Shown one piece after another: positions 57,196 to 64,000 of a stretch of 64,000 nt of DNA (position 1 is its first letter; every line of letters starts with the position of its first letter). Source of the stretch: a virus; IMG/VR virus record IMGVR_UViG_3300036944_000561, positions 64,525 to 128,524 of that record. One strand, given 5' to 3'. The notes under the pieces are model-generated. The model searched no databases. It was not told the origin of the DNA and saw only the letters and a program-made list of their open reading frames with translations. A program made the translations under genes and the position numbers.

Positions 57196-58364
57196 TGTTG
57201 AAAAAAGAAGGTTTTGTTAGACCGAGCCAGTGGCAATTTCCAATTGATACCAGTGTTGATTATCGATTACCAGAAAATCGGTTGTATATGGTGATGGCTT
57301 GGGCGGAAGCAATGTATCATACCGGGGAACTGAATCAGCAACTCCGATTAATGGACTGGGCTATTGATCATGATTCATTTCCCGGCTACGATAAAATGGA
57401 ATCAAAATTGTGGCTCGCCTTCTTGTGGGGGTGTTGTTACAATCTAACTGGACCATGGGTAATATTGAATGCATTCCCTGTCCCTCCAAAACTTGAAGAA
57501 ATTGACACAAAATTTTCAGAATGGTATAATCACAATTTCGACAATCTTCGTTTCGATACAGATTGTCGTTATAGAAAAGCAAACATGATCGCGTGTGTCA
57601 AGAGCTATGTTAAATGGTTGAATGGTCGCAGTCAGCAAACAAAAGTGTTAAAAGAACTAGAAGAATCATTTTCTTCTCCGCAAACTGCTTATCACCGAAT
57701 GTGGAGCCATGCGACAAATTGGGATTTCTATGGTCGTCTAAGTTCTTGGAACTATCTAGAAGCTGTTGCTCTGGTTACCGGGTGGAATTACCCATTCGAT
57801 TGTCAATCGTTCCTTCTAACGGACGTGACTGGGTCAGAAAGCAACCGAAACGGTGTTGCTTTCATGATTGATAGAGAAGATCTATTGACCAAGCATGGTA
57901 AATTGAAATCAACCGGGGTAGCAATTTCTCAGTCAGATTGTGAAATGCTCGAGATAGAAGGCGAAAAGATTTTCGGGTACATCAAGAAGAATTTGAATCA
58001 CATCGATCCAGTCTTGCGATTCAATGTAGAAACTATAATGTGCTGGACGAAGAAACGCTTCAGAGACTACAACACCCGTTATTTAGGGTGGGATTCTGAA
58101 AGAACATATGATGAAATAGAATATACCAGAAAAAATTGGTGTTATATTCCTGTTAAAATTTTATATGAAGCTAGGAAGGCATGGCTTCCCGAATATATTC
58201 GTTGTGAAGATGCCCCTGTAGGAGTTGTTCAGGGGGTAGATAAACGAAAAATGCCCGTGTTTTTTGAAACAGGAACTCCTTGGGATATTATTCATTTCCA
58301 AAGAGGTGAACGATGGGTTGTAGAGAAAGAAAAATTAAAATCTAACAGCAAGAGGCTTTGGTAA
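57195..58364 (+). CDS. Amino acid:DNA transferase (aGPT-PPlase clade 2 family)
   Basis: DYRLPENR, WLAFLWG.CY, RFDTD, FYGRLSSWNYLE and SNRNG; ATG overlaps the upstream TAA. Confidence 0.85.
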   Translation: MLKKEGFVRPSQWQFPIDTSVDYRLPENRLYMVMAWAEAMYHTGELNQQLRLMDWAIDHDSFPGYDKMESKLWLAFLWGCCYNLTGPWVILNAFPVPPKLEEIDTKFSEWYNHNFDNLRFDTDCRYRKANMIACVKSYVKWLNGRSQQTKVLKELEESFSSPQTAYHRMWSHATNWDFYGRLSSWNYLEAVALVTGWNYPFDCQSFLLTDVTGSESNRNGVAFMIDREDLLTKHGKLKSTGVAISQSDCEMLEIEGEKIFGYIKKNLNHIDPVLRFNVETIMCWTKKRFRDYNTRYLGWDSERTYDEIEYTRKNWCYIPVKILYEARKAWLPEYIRCEDAPVGVVQGVDKRKMPVFFETGTPWDIIHFQRGERWVVEKEKLKSNSKRLW

Positions 58365-59530
58365 TGAAGGATAAATTTTTTGATGTTCCGTATTGCGGAG
58401 TGCGGGAAGACAAGATCAAATCAGCAAATCCAGTTGTTGATGAAAAGATCAAAGGATACCTCAAGGAATTTATTGTAGACCGATACAATGTTCATTTGAA
58501 AAAAGATGTTCAAAAGCTTCCTGCTCCCTGGACAGATAATCCCATTTTTCAACAAGTGAAATTCACTAATGTTAGGCGGGAACACGATAGACAGTCCAGA
58601 TTCTACATCGAGCACATTGCTGAAGCCAATTGTGACTGGAATACCAAGTTCTGGAATACCGTGATGTTTCGAATGTTCAATCTATCCACAATTTGGGAAC
58701 ATTTGTCCGGTGGTGATGTCATTAGTTTGATAGACCTAGAATCGAAAGACTATCAGGACATGTTCCGAGCTGACCTCAAACAGTTGGAAAAGGAAGGACA
58801 TAAACTCTTCACGAATGCTTTCAACACCGGGGGACTCAAACAATCATTGGATCTTCCTGAATTTGATGTGGATACTTGCCGAGAGCAACGGAGAGGTGAG
58901 ATAATTCTTAAAGATGTGAACGGTAACGATGTCAATTATAAACTTGAGAGGGAACGCCTCTTGAGTGGAGAGATTGTATGTGAAGACTTTGAGCCATACA
59001 TGCCGATGAGAATCATTCGATATATTGCCAGGGCTTCAAAATATTTGTTTCCCGAAATGTCCGATGATATTTTGATTGTTAACTCTCAAGAAGATGCTTA
59101 TCAGATTTTGATGTGTATTCGTGGGTTCAGTCGCTTCTTGGCCTATCAAGTATTTGTTGACCTGACATACTGTGAAGAATTTCCATTCTCAGAAAATCAT
59201 TTCACTGTCAGTGGACCCGGTTGTGATGCTGGACTGAATTTATTGTTCAAGGATCGAGATGGTATGACATACGAAGAGTGTTTGTTCTGGTTGGTTGAGA
59301 ACCAGGATGAATTCTTCGGTATTGATTTCAAAAAACTTTTCAGTGATCTTCCAGAATATGATCGTCGGGCGAATGTGATGATGCTAGAGGACAACGCATG
59401 CGAATTGCAAAAATATGTGCGCTGCAAGGAAGCCATTGCCCAGGGGAAGAAACCCAGAGGAAAAGTGAGTGCTGACAAACTAATGATCCCTCCAAGATCT
59501 ATAACGAAAACAACCAAAAAACTTTGGTAA
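58364..59530 (+). CDS. aGPT-PPlase clade 1 / 5hmdU-DNA-kinase helical-domain family protein
   Basis: PWTDNPIFQQVKFTNVRREHDR, GFSRFLAYQVFVDLTY and GPG...GL. Confidence 0.88.
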   Translation: MKDKFFDVPYCGVREDKIKSANPVVDEKIKGYLKEFIVDRYNVHLKKDVQKLPAPWTDNPIFQQVKFTNVRREHDRQSRFYIEHIAEANCDWNTKFWNTVMFRMFNLSTIWEHLSGGDVISLIDLESKDYQDMFRADLKQLEKEGHKLFTNAFNTGGLKQSLDLPEFDVDTCREQRRGEIILKDVNGNDVNYKLERERLLSGEIVCEDFEPYMPMRIIRYIARASKYLFPEMSDDILIVNSQEDAYQILMCIRGFSRFLAYQVFVDLTYCEEFPFSENHFTVSGPGCDAGLNLLFKDRDGMTYEECLFWLVENQDEFFGIDFKKLFSDLPEYDRRANVMMLEDNACELQKYVRCKEAIAQGKKPRGKVSADKLMIPPRSITKTTKKLW

Positions 59531-59536
59531 ATTTAG

Positions 59537-59580
59537 CCATTCTGTGAATTACCTAAATACTTCTGTAATTCACAGAATGG
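59537..59580 (+). promoter_or_regulatory. 16-bp hairpin covering the HNH SD, with a CTAAATA late promoter in the loop
   Basis: CCATTCTGTGAATTAC / GTAATTCACAGAATGG; loop CTAAATACTTCT. Confidence 0.88.
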
Positions 59581-59590
59581 ATTTAATGAA

Positions 59591-60517
59591 ATGTTTGATT
59601 GGAAAACTGAGTTGAAACTTTTGGGTGTGGACGACAGATTAATACACAGATACGAAATGTTGTTGATTATAGGAGAGAAACAATCCAAAGGAGTTTGTTA
59701 TTCAGAAGTACACCATATTCTTCCTAAATGTATGTTTCCGCAATTCGCAAAAACTAAAGAAAATTTGGTTAAGATAAGTGGAAGAAGTCATTATCTTTGT
59801 CACATTTGCCTTAGCACTATGTTTCCTGACGAATTTGGTATTGTTATTGCATCTGTATTGATGAAATCTGGAGGAAGGTATAATGTTGACGGTATCAGAT
59901 ATAATTCTAAATTGTTCGAGAATCATAGGCTGAGGGCAGCACAAATGATTTCAGATAGAACAAAAGGGGTTTCTAAATCTGTTGGGGAACAAAACCCAAT
60001 GTTTGGGCGATTTGGAGAATCCCACGGTGCATTCGGCCATAAGAAATCAGAAGAATTCAAGACTATGATTTCAGAAGTTATGAAGAAAAGAATGAGTTCT
60101 AAAGAATATAGAAAGATCCTCTCCAACAAATTAAAAGAATATTTTTCAATACCAGAACACAGAAAAAGAGCATCAGCTCAAAAATTGGGTGAACTGAATC
60201 CAAATTATGGAAAGGATATAACAAATTCGTTTTCTGAAGAAACGAGAAAGAAACAATTTGAAAATCAGAAGAAAGTATTAAATGCCATGATGCCTTGGGA
60301 AAAGCCCAGATGGAAAGATGATAAGGATATGTATTGGTGTAAAGCAGTGGAATTTAAGATTTTGCTGGATAATAACACAAAAATGTCGGAAATATTGTTG
60401 GAATTATGGGGAGATAAGAGTATAGCGGTCTGGAATGCTGTAAGTTCTATGAAAGAAAGGATAAAGAATGGATGGGATCCAAACACTTGTGAAAAATGGA
60501 AATCTAGATATAAATAA
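59591..60517 (+). CDS. HNH homing endonuclease with NUMOD3-like repeats
   Basis: EVHHILPKC...ENLV...RSHYLCH; GEQNPMFG, KKSEE.K..IS and GELNPNYGK. Confidence 0.88.
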   Translation: MFDWKTELKLLGVDDRLIHRYEMLLIIGEKQSKGVCYSEVHHILPKCMFPQFAKTKENLVKISGRSHYLCHICLSTMFPDEFGIVIASVLMKSGGRYNVDGIRYNSKLFENHRLRAAQMISDRTKGVSKSVGEQNPMFGRFGESHGAFGHKKSEEFKTMISEVMKKRMSSKEYRKILSNKLKEYFSIPEHRKRASAQKLGELNPNYGKDITNSFSEETRKKQFENQKKVLNAMMPWEKPRWKDDKDMYWCKAVEFKILLDNNTKMSEILLELWGDKSIAVWNAVSSMKERIKNGWDPNTCEKWKSRYK

Positions 60518-60542
60518 TTTTTCAAAATATTTTAAAAAACCA

Positions 60543-60571
60543 GTTTACTTATTGAAAAAAGTCCGTATAAT
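60543..60571 (+). promoter_or_regulatory. Early promoter GTTTAC-N17-TATAAT
   Basis: Exact consensus with an AT-rich UP tract. Confidence 0.85.
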
Positions 60572-60614
60572 GGTTTCCAATGAGTTAGAAAACTGAACCT
60601 TCGAGGATACGACA

Positions 60615-61304
60615 ATGAACGACGACAAAATCTTCCGCAAATTAGAAAAACTCTTAAACCTTTCCAAATCTTCAAACGAGTATGAAGCGGCTCTGGCTCT
60701 TCAACGTGCTCAGAAATTGATGCAAGAACACAACATCGATGTCAAAAGCATTGCCATGAGCAAGATGGGAGAACATACTACAGACCAGGTGGTTAAAGCC
60801 CAGTATGTAGAAGCTTGGGTCAACAATCTTGCATGGTTGGTTGCCACCACATTTGGGGTTAAATGGTTCAAGACATACACTCCATCACGGGAATATAACA
60901 AGAACGGAAAATCCACTATCACGTTCTATGGCAACAAGCAACGTGCCGAACTAGCGATCTATTGTTATGAAGTCCTTTCCAAACAGATTCTGAAGGCTCG
61001 TCGTGAATACACCAAGACACTTCCTTCATATCTAAAAGATAAATGGAAGTGGTCTGATTCTTTTTGTTTAGGATGGGTTCAGGCAGTAGAATCAAAGGTG
61101 AAAGCTCTGTCGATTGACGAGGAAGAAGAATTGTTGATTGAAGAATATAAAACAAAGAATCTTCCGGCAATCCATTCATTCACACCACCCAAGGGTGATT
61201 TGAAAGTTTCTGCATTATGGGATGGGTATGACGATGGCCAGAATGCTGAACTTCATGCCGGGGTATCTGGTCAAGAAACTGTCAAGATTGGAATGGGAGC
61301 ATAA
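60615..61304 (+). CDS. DUF2786-domain protein
   Basis: KIFRKLEKLLNLS.SSNEYEAALALQRAQKLM.EHNI and SFCLGWV. Confidence 0.8.
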   Translation: MNDDKIFRKLEKLLNLSKSSNEYEAALALQRAQKLMQEHNIDVKSIAMSKMGEHTTDQVVKAQYVEAWVNNLAWLVATTFGVKWFKTYTPSREYNKNGKSTITFYGNKQRAELAIYCYEVLSKQILKARREYTKTLPSYLKDKWKWSDSFCLGWVQAVESKVKALSIDEEEELLIEEYKTKNLPAIHSFTPPKGDLKVSALWDGYDDGQNAELHAGVSGQETVKIGMGA

Positions 61305-61437
61305 CCATGTTTGAAAAATTCTGTAACAAATATTTTGCATTGATTTTGATTGTATTCTTCTTTTTTGGTCAGCTCGCAATTCATTATCTTTCGCTTGGAT
61401 TAGAAAATTTGATTGTATTCATAGGAGAATCTTTGAA

Positions 61438-61833
61438 ATGAACCAACCACTGAAATGTCTCCCTCTGAAATTAGAATTTGTCGGTTGTTGTTCGCCTCGT
61501 CCACATTACGTTGGTGCAAATAATAGAATTCTTAGTAGGGAACAAGTTTTGTTTCTTTGCAATAACGAAAAATGGGGTATTGCAAAAATTGATCAGCCCG
61601 TTGGACAGATTGTCAATAAAGAAACTGGAGAAGTTATACCTCCTTCAGAAATCTTAAAAGTCGTAAACGGTCAATCGCATATTGTATATGCTAAGTATGA
61701 AAATGGTTGTAGAACAGGTGTTGGAGTAGTCTCTGACATTTTGGGTAACTATCAGATTGTATTAGAAATACCAGGCGGACACATATATGATGATGTGTCG
61801 TTTTTTAAACGAATTGAAAAAATTTTATCATAA
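61438..61833 (+). CDS. Hypothetical protein
   Basis: AGGAG SD. Confidence 0.5.
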   Translation: MNQPLKCLPLKLEFVGCCSPRPHYVGANNRILSREQVLFLCNNEKWGIAKIDQPVGQIVNKETGEVIPPSEILKVVNGQSHIVYAKYENGCRTGVGVVSDILGNYQIVLEIPGGHIYDDVSFFKRIEKILS

Positions 61834-61921
61834 TTTAAAATTTCACTTTACTTTATAATTGAAACTCAGTAGAATGGGTTTCGTTGATTGAAAACTTAAC
61901 TTTGAAACAGGAAATAACATC

Positions 61922-62794
61922 ATGTCAAAAACATTGACCCTTGTAAATACCGATCGCAACGTATCTATCAATTTTGAAGCTGGTATCGAACCTCGTGATC
62001 TTTTGAAGAAAATTGCCGAAAGCGGCAACGCTGGTTCAATCGGTCTGATCAATCTTCGTTCACTGCTGGAAGATGGTAGCAAGGAACACAATGGTTATCT
62101 GATTATCGACCCCGAAGCCAGTGCAGATGCTGATCAGGACGCCGCTGTAACAGAAGCGCTAGAAGAAGCGGCTGTTGAAAAAACAGAACAAGCTGAAGAA
62201 TCCGAAGCTGAGTCTGTAGAAGAAACTTCTGAAGTCGAAACTCAAGAAGTTGCTGATGAAGTTCCAGCTGCCGAAGAAGCCGAAGACTACGTTTCTGAAG
62301 AACCAGTTCCTGAAACCCAAGAACCAGTTGAAGAGCCTGCTCCAGCAAAAGAAGTGACTGTATTTGGAATGAAAGTTTCAGATCTGACACCGAAAGAAGA
62401 CAAGGTTTCTGTTAAACGTCCTCGTCGTAATATGACAGAAGTCTTCAAGAAAGCGCGTGGTGGTAAACATGCTAAATTCTTGTCGCTGGCTGAAGCGGCT
62501 GGCTTTGGTCTGAACAATGTTCAGAAAGAAGAACGTTGGTTCTGTCTAAATCTTCCTGGTTATGATGCAGCAGATCGCAATGCTCCCCGCATTGATGTTT
62601 CGCCTCTTAAATCTGGTTCGTATACTTTGAGCCTTTATGTCAACGACCGTTCTCAGGGTGTGAAGGCCAAAATTGACCCAGTTGAAAACAAAGCTGTGAC
62701 TCCGGAAAGGGTTGTCGAAGCGATGCATGACGTCAAGTTCATCAAATCTCCATTGTTGGCGCAATACGTTCCAAAGGCTCCAAAAGCCGAATAA
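61922..62794 (+). CDS. Protein with a long Glu/Ala-rich acidic linker
   Basis: AGGA SD; promoter-like sequence upstream; terminator downstream. Confidence 0.7.
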   Translation: MSKTLTLVNTDRNVSINFEAGIEPRDLLKKIAESGNAGSIGLINLRSLLEDGSKEHNGYLIIDPEASADADQDAAVTEALEEAAVEKTEQAEESEAESVEETSEVETQEVADEVPAAEEAEDYVSEEPVPETQEPVEEPAPAKEVTVFGMKVSDLTPKEDKVSVKRPRRNMTEVFKKARGGKHAKFLSLAEAAGFGLNNVQKEERWFCLNLPGYDAADRNAPRIDVSPLKSGSYTLSLYVNDRSQGVKAKIDPVENKAVTPERVVEAMHDVKFIKSPLLAQYVPKAPKAE

Positions 62795-62812
62795 TTCAGT
62801 TTGTTTATGACG

Positions 62813-62847
62813 AAAAAGACGCCAAACTATAGGCGTCTTTTTGTTTT
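62813..62847 (+). terminator. Rho-independent terminator
   Basis: AAAAAGACGCC-N8-GGCGTCTTTTT. Confidence 0.85.
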
Positions 62848-62858
62848 GGAGATCCAAA

Positions 62859-63548
62859 ATGCATTTGATTAAGGAACGACTTCATAATAGTTTATTCAAG
62901 AAAATATCCCGGCCAGATATTTCAACGTTGAAGAAATTATCGCGCCCGGTAATTTTTGAAATTCGCGGAACTAATGGCTCTGGTAAATCAACTGTCCCTT
63001 TCAAGCTTCAATCATTAGATCCGGATGCTTTCATTCTTAAAGGTAAATCGGAACTGGGTCAAATCAAGATTACTGTATTGCCGTCATTCCGCACGTTAGT
63101 TGCTGGAGATTATCCAACAGGTAAAGCCGTTGGCGGATGTGACCGTATTAGTGGCTCAGAGCTCATAGAAGCAACGATCGTAGCAGCAGCTGGCTATCAG
63201 GAGGCGTTCCCTTCTTTATTTGATAGAATCCTTTTTGAAGGCATTATGACCTCTACCTCTAACACCCGTTATATCAGAACATTGAAAACTCAGTTGGAAG
63301 ATAGGTTCGATTATGTTGTGGCCTGGTGTAACACTCCTCTCGAAATTTGTATAAAGCGGGTAGCAAATCGAAGTTCTGGGGTGTTCAATGAAAAATTGGT
63401 CGAAGGTAAATTTTCACAAACCCAGAATCAGATAAAACCATTCAAAGAAGCATTCCCAGATGTGGTTGCTGTCGAATACGATTGTATGTGTTCTGTAGAC
63501 CAAATGGTTCAGAATTGGCTTGAGTTCGATTATAAAGAAATTGGTTAG
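62859..63548 (+). CDS. Second P-loop kinase, 5hmdU DNA kinase-like
   Basis: EIRGTNGSGKST, VGGCDRI, ILFEG and TPLEIC..RV..R. Confidence 0.85.
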   Translation: MHLIKERLHNSLFKKISRPDISTLKKLSRPVIFEIRGTNGSGKSTVPFKLQSLDPDAFILKGKSELGQIKITVLPSFRTLVAGDYPTGKAVGGCDRISGSELIEATIVAAAGYQEAFPSLFDRILFEGIMTSTSNTRYIRTLKTQLEDRFDYVVAWCNTPLEICIKRVANRSSGVFNEKLVEGKFSQTQNQIKPFKEAFPDVVAVEYDCMCSVDQMVQNWLEFDYKEIG

Positions 63549-63605
63549 TTCGTTATAATGTCTCAGGTAAGATTGTTAACAAATCAAACAAGGAGAATTC
63601 TCTCA

Positions 63606-64000
63606 ATGAATAAATCATATGCGCCAATAGCTTTTATGGCTGATAACGTGAATGAACTCAACATTTACGCTGTAGCAGATTTATGTGAAACTGGTATTGT
63701 TGTAGAAAGTCGGAACGGTCCAGCAAAATTCATCCCTCGATATGAATTGGTTCTTACCAATCCTCAGAATCGATACCTCAGTATTCCCGAAAGAAAATAT
63801 AACATTTTTCAAATTATGGCTGAAACATTTTGGGTGATGGCTGGTAGAACAGATGTCAAGGGATATTTGGAATTCTTTTTACCTCGTGCATTGAATTTCA
63901 GCGACGATGGTGTCAATTGGCGCGGCGCATACGGCGGCCGAATTTATGAACACGGTCAAATGCAAGATGCGGTTGATGCCTTCATTGAAGACGGGGCATT
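63606..64000 (+). CDS. Thymidylate-synthase-family dUMP hydroxymethylase (partial; not in the ORF track)
   Basis: Hand translation: ESRNGPAK...NPQNRYL..PERKYNIFQIMAETFWVMAGR...NFSDDGVNWRGAYGGR; AAGGAG SD. Confidence 0.88.
   Translation, partial: MNKSYAPIAFMADNVNELNIYAVADLCETGIVVESRNGPAKFIPRYELVLTNPQNRYLSIPERKYNIFQIMAETFWVMAGRTDVKGYLEFFLPRALNFSDDGVNWRGAYGGRIYEHGQMQDAVDAFIEDGA

Noticed and set aside
1-64000. Site-specific invertase/integrase, CRISPR array, smpB or rRNA
   Set aside because: No serine or tyrosine recombinase motifs, no regularly spaced direct repeats and no SmpB or rRNA signatures were seen.
1-64000. Apparent excess of CCGG/CCCGG words
   Set aside because: This is an impression only; it needs a Markov-normalised k-mer count that I cannot run, and Gly/Pro codon use (GGG, CCG) may explain it.

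Overview
A 64-kb segment of a large T4-like (Tevenvirales/Ackermannviridae-type) myophage genome, AT-rich by eye. The tail-fibre modules suggest a marine gammaproteobacterial host, which is inference only. It carries baseplate genes (gp5, gp6, gp7-like, gp25, gp26, gp51-like, DUF4815), three receptor-binding proteins and a replication set (gp43, gp44 with a mini-intein, gp45, gp62, RegA, gp46/47, RNase HI, a DinG-like helicase). It also has two sigma factors (gp55 and an RpoD-like one) and a ViI-like thymidine-hypermodification gene set. Items the ORF track misses: (1) a circularly permuted, two-piece tmRNA gene with tag ANDNVYDVRAAA; (2) two tRNAs plus a truncated tRNA-Arg flanking an HNH endonuclease; (3) a [KR][KR]LW peptide shared by four hypermodification enzymes; (4) a tail-fibre cassette bracketed by two inverted homology arms matching both ends of another fibre's C-terminal module; (5) a perfect 38-bp repeat ahead of two replication operons; (6) RBS-sequestering hairpins with embedded late promoters; (7) an unassigned ~270-nt structured RNA candidate. 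All family assignments come from recognising motifs by eye; no searches were run.
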